Counted from the first letter of the whole stretch, positions 1 to 13,530 are shown. The stretch: DNA of 63,408 bases, filler included, from Choristocarpus tenellus KU-1152 (GCA_964200185.2; 9 parts of 9 records of this genome joined end to end with filler, not necessarily neighbours in it); one strand, 5' to 3'. The notes: generated by a model from the letters alone, not told the origin. Numbers and translations: made by a program.

Positions 1-197
1 AATGGGCGAGCAGAACCAGAGGCGGACAAAAGGGGAGCGGGGGGGGCGTTCAATGGGTCGGGGGTGGTTTTTCTGGGGGGGGGGGGGTATGTGTGCGGAG
101 GGTCCTGGGGTTCAGTCGACAACTGCCTGCGTAGTAAGAGTGCACCCAAGGGATCAGGATCAAGTCACAGGTCGAGAGTGAAGGGCAGTGCTGCTTT

Positions 198-372
198 GAG
201 TATTAAAGAAGGTACTTTTAGGGGTACAAAAGAAGGTACTTTGAGTACTAAAGAAGATACTTTTGGGGGTACAAAAGAAGGTACTTTGAGTACTAAAGAA
301 GGTACTTTGAGGGGTACAAAAGAAGGTGCTTTGAGTACTAAAGAAGGTACTTTTGGTGGTACAAAAGAAGGG
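198..372. repeat. Minisatellite: ~21-bp units alternating GAGTACTAAAGAAGGTACTTT / GGGGTACAAAAGAAGGTACTTT (42-bp higher-order period, ~8 units)
   Basis: Tandem units visible directly; explains the repetitive TKEGT peptide of ORF 64..462. Confidence 0.9.
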
Positions 373-594
373 GCTCTTGTCGACCTAGAGTCACGGTCGA
401 TGCGTCAAAAAACATCAAATCTCCATTTATTTACTTATTTATTTGTTGTCGAGTTCCTCTGATGGAGGCTCTTCAACGGCCCCTGGAGGGAGAGGCCGGG
501 GGTCAGAAAATCGAGAAAGCTAACCAACCCTAACCCTATAAAAAATAATATAGTAAAACTGATCGTGTACGCAGGGAATACAGCTACAACAGCC

Positions 595-630
595 CAACCC
601 TAACCCTAACCCTAACCCTAACCCTAACCC
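595..630. repeat. Interstitial telomere-like (CCCTAA)6 tract
   Basis: Perfect CCCTAA units. Shorter tracts at ~525-538, ~41876-41892 and ~61399-61413. Confidence 0.85.
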
Positions 631-850
631 TGACCCCAACCAACAGTGAGAATCTCAAGCATCCGGGGGTTGCTGAATACAAGGACAGAGCGAGACCCAG
701 ATAGGGAGAGAGAGGGAGAGAGGGGGGGGTGGAGAGAGAGATTTGAGTTTGTTCCTGCAACCTACTCCTTAAAAAAAAAAAAGTAGCAATCACCACGCCA
801 AAATCAGCATCTAAGCCAGAGGGAGGTACAAACCAGGCAAAAGCACTCAC

Positions 851-1027
851 CGCTGAGATAACTCTTCATCTGGATACACCCGTCAATGGAACTGTTAACC
901 ACTTGCCCTGTCTGGCTGAAGAGCACATTAAGCCTACGGAACACACGGCAATTCAGAGCAGGTGTTGAATGTTCAGTTCTTACCTTGGAACGAGTATATA
1001 TGATATCAACAAAGCAGTGACAAATAT

Positions 1028-1058
<31 letters not shown>

Positions 1059-3920
1059 TTCCCACTTCGTTTCTCTGGCTTCAGGGTTAGGGTTAAGCAG
1101 ACCATCAACACACTGGCCCCCACATTTTTCATCTCTTGGATTCGGAAACTGCGCCCTCATGCCTCTCCCTTCATCATAACCACCTATGTCAGCCTGCACT
1201 CTGATCAGACTTCACCCTTTTATCACTGATATCCTGGCCCAGCCTATCCTACCCATACTCCATACTAGCCTTCTCGCCTACCATACCTCCCTCACTTCTC
1301 CACACAGGTAAACATAGTAAACATATTTTCCTGAAAAATGCAAATGCCCCTGCTTCCATAGAGCAGATCTTAGCCTACCCCCTCATTTATTGGCAAATCG
1401 TACCAGACCATATCATACCTCTCCAAGATATCTACAAAAATCTCATTCCGCTGCTTGCCACCCTTCACTCCCTGGACAGACACTGGCTTTTGCACTGAAG
1501 TAGAAGGCGTTGTCTTCATCTTCAAGGCCTAGAACACCACATTGGGGGGTGGGGGGGGGAAAGCGTCGTATCAAGAATCAAACCTCTTCAGCCTCGGTGC
1601 AAACAGTGTCCAATGGCGTCCAAAGTCATTTGGAGGTGAATCACAATCCAACCAATCATATACCGTCTTCACAACAAAAACAAGTAACAAATAACAAATA
1701 AAAAACACCCCAAGGGAGATGCTTCGCTACAAGTACATGCAACACACATCAGAAGAGCTCCACAGTGTTCCTCGTTCTCTCTCTCTCTCTCTCTCTCTCT
1801 CAGGGAAAGAGGACAAGGGCTTCCGCTATGATTTGTTGAAAGCAACCCCAACCGTTGCTCTCTTATTAGAGTTTGCTGCACACGGCTGTGGAGTAGGTCC
1901 AAAAAAATGGATCACTCTACTGATATGGCTCAAAGTATCTGGGGGGAGGGAGGGGAGGTCTATACCAGGGTGTCCATTTGGGCCCTGACCAGCAGAAGTG
2001 CACTTGCATTATCCATCCGACACATGCAACCAAATCACCCAAAAATCACGACATGAAAAAATGGGTCCCAAAAAGGACAGTCGTCACCTCCCCCCAGAAA
2101 CTTTGAACCTATAGGCTCTTTGCTCTGCGGGTGTTTAGATGTTATCACTGCAGCTGTAAAGGCTAGGCACTGCAATGGGATATTCTAGTGCTTTTTGGAG
2201 CCAATATGGCTCTTGGGGAATGGGACGAGGGCTAGTGGAACATGTGAGATTAGTAACTTCAACAATGCCTCGAAAGGACGTGAACAGTCCTGGAGATCAA
2301 AGAAGCAACTAGCGCATCAAACGCCTTCCTGTCAGTTGCCCTAGGAGAAACGAACATTACGTACCAGGCTGATTGGGGGGTAGAGGGGGATCAAGACATT
2401 CGGAACGTCTTGAGGGTTAGAGTTCACCGCACCGAGGGCATCCTGTTTGTCTTGGCAGAGTTCACCAGGATGGGATCATTGTGCACATGGTTCTTGAGTG
2501 TCTCAGTGCTTGTCCCCTGGGGATAGCCATAGTCCAGGGTTTCATCAAGAAGCTCATAGATAAGGATGAAGTTCTTGCGAATAGCCTCCTGTGGCATGGG
2601 GGTGGTCAAGGGTGGCTGCTGACCGTTGGTCATACACAATGTTGGTGGTCTAACTTCTGTGGTTGGGTGCATGATTGTGTGTCTGCCGATATGCCATTAT
2701 AACTGTGTGGTCTGTGTGCACGTATGGGTTTAGTAGTAAAAGGGAAGGAGGTGCTTTGTCCATTCTGGGTTTCGGGATGTGAAGGAATCGAACTAGAGAA
2801 GGATTTGGCCTATCCACTTCACTTCTGTACTTTTCAACCCCTAGTTACATGGGAACCACTCTGCTACAGCCTAGCGAGAATTCCCTGTGCACCACTAGTG
2901 CCATGAGGTCGGTCAGAGTGAGCTACGTCTAGCAGAAGATCAACCTACGTCGTTTGTGTTAGGAGTGATGGCACCAGTGAATAAGACACTGAAGCTAAGC
3001 GGAGAGAGATAGAGAGAGAGTGATTTGAGAGCTAGACAAGCAGTAAAGAGGTACTAAGAGAAGACGGAAGTTATAAATATGCATCTATGCACACCGCAAG
3101 GGGGTAAGTTCGCAAAAAAAAGAACGAGAGAACCCACAAGGAAATTGTGTTGATGAGGCAGAGATCACACAACCAGCTCTACTCTTGGGGGAAAGGGCAT
3201 AGTCAACATCATACGGTCCGACTAAGGAGACAGCAAGCGGGACGGCAGGGGGTAGAAGAGGCATCTCACCTCCGACAATACCCCACAGTAATCCTTGAAG
3301 ACCTTGGCTAGTCGGTTCAGGAGTTCCAGCGCCATACTGGGTGAAATATTCCACGGTGTAGAGATTGCCAATAGCAGCCCATTCTTTCGCACATGGATAT
3401 AGTTCATGCCATCAATATTGAAGCAGGGTGGGGGATCACCGCCCTCCCAAAATTTAACCTGGTGAAGTATTTCCGAAGGAAGCAGATGTTACCGATGTTC
3501 AGAGTTTACATGCTACTAGAGGGACAAGATTACAAACTATTGCCACCTCAGCCAAAGGGAGGTGCTAGATACTCGCATGATATTGAGTAGAGGATGAAGA
3601 AGAGGATCCGAGAGTAGGATGCTTGTTCTAATGGACAAAAGGCTGCAATTGAAGATGCAATGATGGTGGGGGAGGTGTGTATAGCGGGGCTTGGGATATC
3701 ATACGAGGCTTGTGCTGAGCTTTGTTCGACCTTTCCAAGGATAGTACATAAGCTTGTCTTATTTTCGATTCCTTCATCTCCTTCTTGGATACCAGGTTTA
3801 CACCTTACGGAAGAACGTGTCGGTAGTGCCTGGGACAGCATCCCCACGATAGTCCTTGGAGATGATAGTGTCTCCGCGAGGAGAGAGGATGAAGAAGTGG
3901 GAGATTGGTGCAATAGACAT
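851..3920 (-). CDS. AP4M1: AP-4 adaptor complex subunit mu, 5' part (exons 3920-3804, 3458-3270, 2588-2433, 1528-1419, 933-851; 3' exons not found in the window)
   Basis: Spliced translation MSIAPISHFFILSPRGDTIISKDYRGD...[43 protein letters not shown]...RNEIFVDILERLNVLFSQTGQVVNSSIDGCIQMKSYLSG, which carries AP-4 mu motifs. All junctions are GT-AG and phase-compatible. Confidence 0.93.
1927..2109. mobile_element. MITE family A, copy 1 (intronic in AP4M1)
   Basis: Imperfect TIRs GGCTCAAAGTATCTGGGGGG...CCCCCCAGAAACTTTGAACC. Internal sequence is shared, inverted, with the copies at 7670, 40268 and 58603. Confidence 0.8.
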
Positions 3921-4219
3921 TTTCACGCCGTGTCTCTGACAGAATAGACAACCTTTTGTTGCCTCCTATCACTTGACTGCAGTAGGATATACCCCGGTTT
4001 AGACTCCCTTGACCTAAATATCCGAGGAAAGAAAGGGGTAGGTGATGATTTTACGATTCCATATCAGGAAGGATGATACGAAACCGTATGCTTCCCAATT
4101 TTCATCCTCCCTACTACTACTCTTCGTATATAGTAAACATATATATATATAATCTACACAAGTAGTAACACCCAGAACAGGCTTACAGAGTTCCTTGTCA
4201 ACTGTTGGTGATATCTACC
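3921..4219. promoter_or_regulatory. Putative bidirectional promoter/5'UTR region between AP4M1 and the PH-domain gene
   Basis: The two start codons point away from each other and are ~300 bp apart. Confidence 0.5.
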
Positions 4220-5878
4220 ATGTTGCGCCCCCCTTATCATGACCAGGCTACGGGTATCCGCTTTGACTGCAGCAACCCTGAACACAAAGGATGGTTGACT
4301 AAACAAAGTGCTTGGCTCAAGGACTGGCGACTCCGATTTTTTATCCTGAAGGGGAGCAAACTCTTCTTCGCCAAGGTGAGCCTCCTTCATCTGAGCTACA
4401 GCTGTATCACCGATTATTTTCAGATTATTCTGTGTTCCACCGCCTCCCTTGAAACCAGGAGTGTTGGTATTAGAATTGTGGTGTATGATGTAGTCGCCAT
4501 CAGGTTGTTGTACCGAGGTGTGCAGCACGTAAATGTACGTCTCAGGTTTAACCTTGCCAAGCGTTTTGGGAGTACAAGCCAGTGTCTAAAAGTTTTTACT
4601 TGGCTTGTTCATCTCCTTTGTGTTCTGTACGATGCGGCACTTGCTGTTCCACCTGGACACAGTGTGACTATCACTTCAGTTTATAGGGGTCAACTCAAAT
4701 AGCTTTTTGCTGCAGGAAGTGGACGCCAAATTTCATTGTTGAGGTCCTATAATATCAAGGATAGCTCAAGACATAATGTGATAGTGCACATCGCATCGCT
4801 CTCCACCAAAAAGGGGAAAGATAGAACAGTCATCCGTGAGAAGCTCATTGACACAGTTGATGCTAAGACCCCCTGTAGAGGTGTTGAGGTTGGAAACCCA
4901 AGGGATTGTGCAGCTCTTTCCTCTGGTCCATGGGTATTAAACCACAAAGTCATTGGATATCTTCGCTACCCAACAATGTGTAGTGGGATTAAGCGAACGT
5001 AGTTTTGAGATGTTGAACTTGTTGGATTGGTACCGACCAGGAACATAGAACATATGGGGCTTCAAGTGTTGGAAGTCGCACTAACAGATCACCTCGCCCC
5101 CATCTTCCCGAGAATTTGAATTCGGGGGGCTTACTCTAGAACTCACATATTACCCTTTATCATACATTTGACATCAGCTACCTTCTCTCAAACTTTTCGT
5201 CTCGCCAAGGATTGATTTGACGTCCTTCACATCACTGATTTTTGGTATCCTCTCCTTCCCCTTGGCCCTCTTCTCTTGATCGCAGGCTGAGTATGAGGCA
5301 CCGCACGGAATGATCGACCTGAGCTCATGCATGACTGTCAAGTCAGCTGAGCAGAAAACTAGCAAGCGGAATGCTCTCGAGGTGTCCACCCATGACACAA
5401 CATACTTTATGTTCGCCAACACCGAGAAGGTTGTTAAGATATCCCCCTTGCCAGAGACTTGCGCTTACCTCCCCACACAATCCTACGATCCTGCACCCCC
5501 CAGCCCAAATCTACCCAACGCTACCCAACTCTTCAATTGCCCTGAAGTTGCTCAGGTACTAACTCCCTCATAAACAACCACCAGTCCAGCGGTGCCACAT
5601 CTAAGAGTACAGCAATAATCAACTCAATGCCATTGCTTTGTATAGACTGCTCACTATCCCCTCCAACTGCTAGGTGCACATCCTTGTGAAATATGCTTTG
5701 CCGCCCTGCCCCACAATCACCCTGTCTCTTGCTACCGCTTATCTCCAACATCTCAAAGGAAAAAGACGACTGGATCGGAGCAATAGGACGGGCAATTGTT
5801 CAGGCATCCAGCACATACCAGGGGGGGGATGATGGAAATGGAGATTCAGACTCAGACGAGGAGTACAACTATGGCTGA
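4220..5878 (+). CDS. Small pleckstrin-homology domain protein, ~139 aa (exons 4220-4375, 5286-5429, 5759-5878)
   Basis: KGWLTKQSAWLKDWRLRFFILKGSKLFFAK / AEYEAPHGMIDLSSCMTVKSAE...YFMFANTEK / EKDDWIGAIGRAIV: a canonical PH fold with the C-terminal helix Trp and an acidic tail. Introns are GT-AG, phase 0. Confidence 0.93.
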
Positions 5879-7669
5879 GGGGGGCACTGATGGAAGGAAG
5901 AGTGGGTGGGGGATGGGACCTTCGTGCTGACAATCGTGTCACCCCTCAGCAACCTGCCAGAGGGAGGCAGCCCTAAACTCTTCTTCCTGTGATTTCGTGG
6001 GAATCCTGATTTAGATTTTTGCTTTTTTTGATTTGTGTGTTTGTGTGCAATGCTCCCGCCCCCACCGCCGCCCCTCTCCCATCACATCCATTCCATGCAG
6101 ACACAGACGCAGACACATACACAAATATTAAGAAATGCCTCCGGGCATGTTTTCCTTGGCCTGTTACGTCAACCACTGTATGGTGTTGGTATAGTAGGAT
6201 GGGATGCCGAATCAGGGTGACAGCTTGTGCTGCAAGTTGCTATGCTTTCTTATACTTTTACCTGCACTTGGTAAGCAATGACTTCTTATACCCATGCTTG
6301 AGCTGTGGCCCTGTCTTTCACATGGTGTATCTTGACAACTGGACTTTTATCTGTGTTTGGATAGTGTTCATGGATATTATACTATCTCTTACTCCCGGCA
6401 GTCTGTGCAGAATGGATATGGGGAGGTGAGGAAAATGAAGACTTGTTCGGGTTCCATAAGTGGAACCTGATGTTGTACATTTCATTCATTCCATCCCATC
6501 CTTGAATGATGGGGAAGGCAACGGGGGTTTAGATAGCCAGTTGCAGTTTTTTTTAAACTATATCTCCCAGTCCAGCCACCAGGCCAAAAGATTCAGTACT
6601 CTCCTTACAACACAACCCACTATCTTGACATGTTTTATTTAGTTGGGAGATTTAAAGGTTGCCCTATCTCCATCCTCGGTCGCCCCCCCCCATGGCCAAT
6701 TTTGGGGTGACAATGTGCAGAAAGGGAAACAAGAATAAAAAGCGTGTGCGTATCTGAGGGGAGGCAGGCGCACTGTATTGTAGTGTAAAAGCAGGTATCG
6801 ACAATTGTGGCTTGTTGATAGCACTCCTGCTGTTGCAACTCTTTGGTCCACTTGTAGAAATGCTTTTTTTGTCATACAGGTTAGAGTGACTGAAGTGTTT
6901 GTTACGTGCCTGTTTCCATCTTGGAAGGATGTCCTACAGTAAAATAGATGTGTGTTCTTCTTAGGGCTGCATTTGAGGCAGGACCATGATTTGAAGGGCA
7001 AAGGTGGGATGCATCTTAACTCCGATTCCTCTCGAGTGTTTGTTCTGGAAAGGGCAGTTGACCATGGAGTATGTTGTGAACGATCCTATTCCTGTCTCCT
7101 CAGTGCATCATGTGTTTTTGCAGCACCCCTTATCTCCAGCATCGAGTACTCACTACTTAGATGGATTCGCTCTCAAGCAGTATGAAGCGGTGTTAAACAA
7201 GAGGGTGGCTGGGGTAGTGGGAAATGCAGCTCAGCAAGAAGACCCCGATGATTTTTTCTTGGGTACTGCTGGCTGTGTACCCTGGTGCCAAAAATAAATA
7301 ATTGTACCACGATGTACTTCTCCATGTCAAGTCGAGCGAATAAGGTGTGTGCCTCCCATGCAGTGATTACCTTGATCCCACTCTTCCTACATCCACTTGG
7401 ACGGCATGATTGGTATGTTTGCGTCCATTGTGCTCACCCTGTTCTTGCACGCACTTGTGTCTGAGGTGTGATGCTCAAGTTCATACTGGCTGAGTTTGTG
7501 GAAAGCAATGAAGGCATGTGGCGACTGCCATTGCTGAGAGGATTTTCTTGTTTCTCCTTGTCAGTGTTGTCTAATCTGAAGTGTAAATGCCACCCAAAAG
7601 ACGAATCAGGTTTTGCTATACCCTTCATTCTGACACAGAGGAGGAAGTGAAGTGTGTCCATATTTCCGT

Positions 7670-7846
7670 GGCTCAAAGTTTCTGCGGGGGGGTGTCAACT
7701 GTCCATTTGGGGTCATTTTTTTCATCTCACGATTTTTGGGTGATTTGGTTGCATACTTCAGATGGATAATCTAAGTGCACTTTTCCTGGTTACGGTCCAA
7801 ATGGACACCCTGGTGTGAACCACCCTCCCCCCCCAGGTATTTTGGA
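7670..7846. mobile_element. MITE family A, copy 2
   Basis: GGCTCAAAGTTTCTG...GTCCATTTGGGGTC...GATGGATAAT...CCAAATGGACACCCTGG...CCCCAGGTATTTTGG, homologous to the other copies. Confidence 0.75.
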
Positions 7847-8450
7847 TAAGTCTCTGGAGGAGACAGTGCAAAATGATAACAGCTGCATCAATACACCGTG
7901 TGCAGACAAGAATAACATACTGTCTGTTTGAGAACTGTTTGTGTTGGCTAGTTTATGTGGGTGTGAAACATTATCCTCAAGATGCCCTGCGCAGAGCCTT
8001 ATCATTGTAATATGCTTGGAATGGTCTCAGTACCCAAGCCCTCCCACTTTTCAACCACAGACCTGTTGTGTTTCTAGTAGTTTGACCTAAGAATGGTATG
8101 TTTGGCATCTACTCCATTAGGCCTTGTCCACCTACTGGTCCGTGCTCTTTCAGCCAGAGTAGGGTGCCTTTTGGTTTTCACACTCACCACGCATAGCCAA
8201 GGTGCAACCTTGTCCCTCCTCCAAATGCAGCTGCATCACACACAACTTCAACAAGTTCTGCTGTTGTGGTTAGCACAACATTGAAACCATTGGTTTGCAA
8301 CCTCCACCAGACACACCTTCTCTCCAGCAAGTGTCGCCTTTGGATAGGCACAAAGAGGTAGGAAAAAGGTTATTTCCCTCCGTGGACCAGAACACCATGG
8401 CCTGTTACACTGTGTCAATGACCCGCAAAATGAGGAGGCCTTGCCTGCAG

Positions 8451-8550
8451 NNNNNNNNNNNNNNNNNNNNNNNNNNNNNNNNNNNNNNNNNNNNTTAATT
8501 AATTAANNNNNNNNNNNNNNNNNNNNNNNNNNNNNNNNNNNNNNNNNNNN
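8451..8550. other. Artificial contig linker (N44-TTAATTAATTAA-N44); also at 13674-13773, 18670-18769, 34395-34494, 40339-40438, 43166-43265, 46250-46349, 60000-60099
   Basis: The same 100-bp spacer with stops in all six frames occurs eight times. Confidence 0.97.
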
Positions 8551-8700
8551 CTTGACCCAAAATTGACTGGGATAAAGTGTCGACAAAAACCCCCCCATAA
8601 AATATATTAAAAAAACATATCGACACTTTATCCCAGTCAATTTTGGGTCAAGCCCATCCTCAATGAAAAGCTCCATCCTCAATTTTTGGAATCGGCTGTT
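8551..8700. mobile_element. Foldback/long-TIR MITE family B, truncated by the contig start
   Basis: Perfect 33-bp inverted repeat (8551-8583 vs 8620-8652); the arm continues to ...GGAATCGGCTGTT. A second copy is at 13531-13673. Confidence 0.75.
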
Positions 8701-10160
8701 ATATGTAGTAGTGCTCTGGATTCCATAGTGCTATTTCAACATGTTATTTTTCATACTACTGAGACTACTACTGCTATGCAATTCTTCTCTCACTTCTACG
8801 CTGAATTCAGCTTCCAGAGTGTATGCACACTACGTATATATTATACCACATATCAATTCATCCTTAGCCTATCTTATTGCCATAACGTATGCAGATTGCA
8901 TTATTCTCAAACCAAGTCCGTCCGTAAATGCCACTTCGCTCAATGACCACCTGATATGCCCCAACAACAGACAACACCATCGCCATTGTTGGCCTGTCTG
9001 AGATTCTGAAATTATATTGCAAGGTCTACTGTAAATAAAAGAGTTGCCAATGTTGTGAAGACACCTCCCTATAATATCCACTATTTGAAAATTAATAATG
9101 CAATCTTGTACCCCTTCAGGTTCTTCACTACCGTGTATACACTGCTATGCTTCTAACCAAACTTAGCACTACAACGGTGAGTGAGGAGCTAAGAAAGCAT
9201 CCCAAGAATCCATGAGACCTCTTCTTGCCCACCTAGTCAGTATCTCTAACTCGAAATGCATGGCACGTGTTGAGAGAGTCGCGCACACATATATGTACTC
9301 CGAACTCCTAGCTGTCACTATATGTATGAAGGTGATGTACAAATAGGGGAAGATTTGTTGATGAACCAAACCAGTTAAGAGGTAGGCAGGTTTGAACCCT
9401 TACACATACCAAGCCATCTTTCTTCCCCTGTGCAATACACTCTATTTCATCCTTTTATGTGCAAAATAGTGTACGAAAAATCAATCTTCCCAGTTTCCGC
9501 ACACAAAATGACACCACAATTCAGTAAACGCTCTTCTGCAATTGTACAGAGTAGCGTCTTTTTGCCTTATCTCGGATTCCTAAAAATTCCCCCCTGCCCA
9601 CGTCTCAGTTCTTTTGGCTCCGATCTGAGATGATATCTAATGTAGTACAATGTACAATAATAATAGTACACCACCTTCCTAGTGTTTGTCAGGTTCGGAG
9701 AAGTCTCAACAATTTGACAGAAGTTTATGTACAAGAGTAACTTTCTTGTTTTCTTCTTTTGAATGCAATACATCTCTTTTTGTCGATTTGCTGATTAATT
9801 GTTGTGTTGTTAGTTTTCAATTAGTAAACATTTTTAGAGAAGTATCTTTTGCTTTGTCAGCAACAGTTACTTTTACACAGCAGTGCTTGTGATATAACTT
9901 TGTTTTTTCCCTGACACGTGTATAAAATTATTAAAGGGTATAATATATATACATCTATTGTGTTTGTGTTTGTGTTATGTATTTATTCTTTACCTTTTGT
10001 TCCTTCTATTACCAGATCTACGAATACGAGTAGAGCGTTGTTGTTATGTTCTTTGTTTTCTTTACTCCTACATAGCAATCTCTCCATTTGAAAATATTTA
10101 GTACGCGTTATAGACAAAAATAATTCCAAGCCGATGATTCTCAACAAACTCAGTATAATC

Positions 10161-10354
10161 ATTATTATGCCCTCTCATTTTGAAGATGGGTCAAAGGGGA
10201 AACAAATGATAACTATACATATGTCAATAAATTAATCCCTAAAGAAATAAAATATCATAAATGTGAAAAACACAAAACTATTTGTTACTTCACCACTATC
10301 AATATTGTACTACTGCCTTTCTGTGCTTCCAATCTACCTACTCCTGCGCCCCGG
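10161..10354 (-). mobile_element. 3'-UTR fragment of RLE/CRE-like LINE
   Basis: Matches the 3' UTR of the copy at 13000-13530 (ATTATTATGCCCTCT...CACCACTATCAATATTGTACTACTG...CCTACTCCTGCGCCCC). Confidence 0.75.
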
Positions 10355-10517
10355 TATTGTGGGTGGATTTTGGCGGATCGGTATGGCATTATATGTTATA
10401 CTACCAATAGGCATATATGATGATATGAACTGTCAGATTCTCGGGAACCTTACCTACCTCCTCGCCCACCTCTTTAGGGGTGAGGTAGGTTAGAGGCAGA
10501 GCAGCAGTGTATACATT

Positions 10518-10772
10518 GAATGAAGTATCTTAGAGGGTGTAAGTTTTTCCCTGCTTGTCCGTTTGGGGCCTGGCTTCCTACGTATTTTTTATTACATTGT
10601 CCTCCTCCGAAATGTTTTGGAGTAGGTAAAGTGTATATGTTATGAAAAAGTGTGTCTGGAACAAGGATATTGACACTTCCTAACTAACACAATAGCCAAA
10701 ATTACATCAAAATCGCATCATTAGATTTTGGCCCCAAACGGACGCGACCCACCCTCTAAGATACTTTGACTC
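10518..10772. mobile_element. MITE family A2 (TIR variant GAGTCAAAGTATCTTAGAGGGT)
   Basis: Left AAGTATCTTAGAGGGTG...GTCCGTTTGGGGCC and right GGCCCCAAACGGAC...CACCCTCTAAGATACTTTGACTC are inverted matches. The same terminus occurs at 18630. Confidence 0.7.
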
Positions 10773-11439
10773 ATTACGTTATAATCACCGAACTATATGG
10801 GACCATTGTATTATAGGTAGTATTTTATTAGTAAGCACTTTTTGGAGAGGTATCTTTACATTGAAGATAACTGCTACAGTTAGTTTAACAGGGGTCCTTG
10901 TGATACTGGTTTGACTTTTTCCCTGACGCCTCAGCAAGATGTCAGAGGGCATAATAATATAGATGAACTCAACCCAAGATGGTATATACTCATTAGTACG
11001 TAGGCTTTGGCTGTATTGTTCCCCTTGTACTGGAAAGTACATACATAATATTATTATGACCTAAACACCACCACCCCAGTGTCACAACAGGTTTGTCTAA
11101 GCGCGTGCAATTCTCAAAATAAGACCACAACAGACCAGATAACTGTTTATCTATCCTGTCCTGGGTCTAGCTCACTGGCACAAAATTGCTATGCAAGTTA
11201 GGTCCCCTGTGGAATGAGATGAAGTGATAAAGGCAGTAGCGCTTAAGATATACGCCCTGCGTCAGATTTTGTCTTAAATAGAAACTAGCTTAAGCGTTGG
11301 GTTAATAGATGATTGGGAGGTTGAAGATGTGGGTCGATTCGTTCCTGTCCACGGGCAGAAAAGGGACAGGTACGGGCATGTTGAGGTGGTGAACACAGAC
11401 TCGAGAATCGCAGACAAGTGGTCTGCAAACTTGATGTCA

Positions 11440-12130
11440 TCGTAGCAGTGTTCACAGAGGTCAGAGTTCAGACCTAGTAATCTCCAATGACCTTGGTGTC
11501 ATCTATGCAGCTGCGAAAATCAACCAGATTAGAGGAGGAGGAGCATGAGGGAGTAGGTCAATATTCGAGAGGAACTTAGTGGGGTGTGCTCTATGCTAAC
11601 GATGCAGCTGCTTTGTCTAAGACCCCAGGAAGCTTGAACAGGATGTTCGCATTGATTGTGAAGGTGCCCAGACCATCCATTCCGACTCTTTATGAGTTGA
11701 AGACGGAGACCACGAGCCTTCAACCCCCCAACAAGGCAGTATGCAGTTCTGGGCCTTGGGTCAGAGCTACAAGTAGAGTTTACCTTGGAGGGATCACTAG
11801 TGGTGAAGCTGGCATCACCGCTGAGATCAGTTAATGGGACCAAAAGGTCCGGGGTTGATCCTACAAGTATGGACAAGTGCTTCTTGACAGAAAAACATGT
11901 GTCTCACTTGAGCTTAAGTCTCGAATATTCAAGGGTGGAGAAGTACTTAGAGATCTTGTTGCATGGTTGTGTGACATGGACACACCCCCAGACCCCCTAT
12001 CTTAAACTTTGCTCTCACCACCACTAATTCCTCCTATGTTGCAGCAGATTTCGTAGACTAGAACTCACCAATCACACACTGCCGTACAATGAAGCCATCG
12101 TAACGACATGATCGTGGCAGTATCGAAACG
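11440..12130 (+). mobile_element. Degenerate RTE-type LINE reverse-transcriptase relic
   Basis: LYANDAAALSKTPGSLNRM (YADD-box region) and, downstream, LELKSRIFK..EVL..LLHGCVTWT. Many stops and frameshifts; boundaries approximate. Confidence 0.7.
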
Positions 12131-12999
12131 ACTGCGCAAAAGCAGAGATTCGTGTTCGAAGGGTCAGTTACATGCATCTGTGAGATTTGATGACCGACAT
12201 TTTCCAGCCATGATAACCTGATGATGACTCAAGTCTTGTGGGTGCTGGTGAATGACACCTCACATCCTCCTTTTTTCTTATTTTTTTCTTCTACTACTTC
12301 TTCCTTTTTTTTAAAGTGCGTATTGTATATATCTATCGACCATTCTGTATTGTTGCTTTTTCTTACCACCTTTCGACCTGGAATCCTTCGGAGTTAAGTA
12401 TGAGGGATAAAAAACAGTTGGTATTCGAGGATTTTGCAGATGGAAAGCGATAGAATGTTGACAGAAGATCAAGCTATACGTACGTGAGTATATGTAATAT
12501 TTGTGCAACACCCTTCTTTGACCTTTTTCGAATTGGGAACATTTTTAGAAGGCATCACACGTCAGGGTTACCACACACCTGAAAGCAACAAAAACTAGAT
12601 TGTGGGCCAACCACATCCACCTTTTAATATTGTACTACTGTCCACCTTTTAATATCGTAAAGAGTATGTTTACTTCATTTCATTGTAGAGATTATCCTGA
12701 CAAGTGATCAGTGGGACTACACGCTATCTACTTCTTCTCATATACCGTTGACAAATTTCTGTAACCAATGGTTGAACCATGAATTATTGTATTTTTATTA
12801 TTATGCCCTCTGACATTTTGCAGGTATGTCAGGGGGAAAACTAATGAATTATTGTATTGATTTTATACTGCCTTTCGTTTTCGCTAGTTTGGTTCAGCCA
12901 TCCTACGGTTGTCCCTCCGTTTCTTTAATTTTTTGGTTGGATTCATCTTAGGGATACGCTGTATTTTCTTACATTGTTGTTACTCCTGAATATATATAT

Positions 13000-13530
13000 T
13001 ATTATTTTTATTATTATGCTCTCTGACGTTTTGCAGATGTTTCAGGGGGAAACCAACGAAAACTATACATATATATGTCATTATAAGTACTAAAGAAATA
13101 AAATATCATATGTGTGGAAACACTATAAAACATTGTAAGTGTGAAAACCACTAATCAGTTACTTCACCACTATCAATATTGTACTACTGTCTTCCTGTGC
13201 TTCCCATCTACCTACTCCTGCGCCCTGGGGGGGAAGCTAGGGAGGCATCCCGACAAAACACCTCCGTGCCCATCTCCCTGGTGACTCTAGTTTAAAGCGC
13301 ATGACACGTCGAGACAATGCCCCTCCTTGCGTAGTCACCGAAACAATTTGGCGTGGCCGGGATTTAACCACTCCTTTCCTGCAATATCCTCCCGTTCCTC
13401 TCCCTCCTACCATGTGAGTAGCCAGCTCATCCAGGAAGCATTCCACTTGCTTTCCGAGGCACCCAAAAATTTCCACTGCAAAGAATGTGTTGAGGTTATA
13501 ACTACGAGGATCAAATGAGCCCTCGTAGTG
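13000..13530 (-). mobile_element. 3' end of an RLE-domain (CRE-like) non-LTR retrotransposon: ORF C-terminus, 3' UTR and (TAA)n/A-rich tail
   Basis: HYEGSFDPRSYNLNTFFAVEIFGCLGKQVECFLDELATHMVGG...RQIVSVTTQ..LSRRV resembles the distal part of restriction-like endonuclease domains (F-A-V-E-x-x-G). It is followed by a UTR repeated elsewhere in the window, ending CATAATAATAAAAA. Confidence 0.7.

Noticed and set aside
64-462. 132-aa ORF with TKEGT repeats
   Set aside because: Translation of a 21-bp minisatellite, antisense to and probably within an AP4M1 intron.
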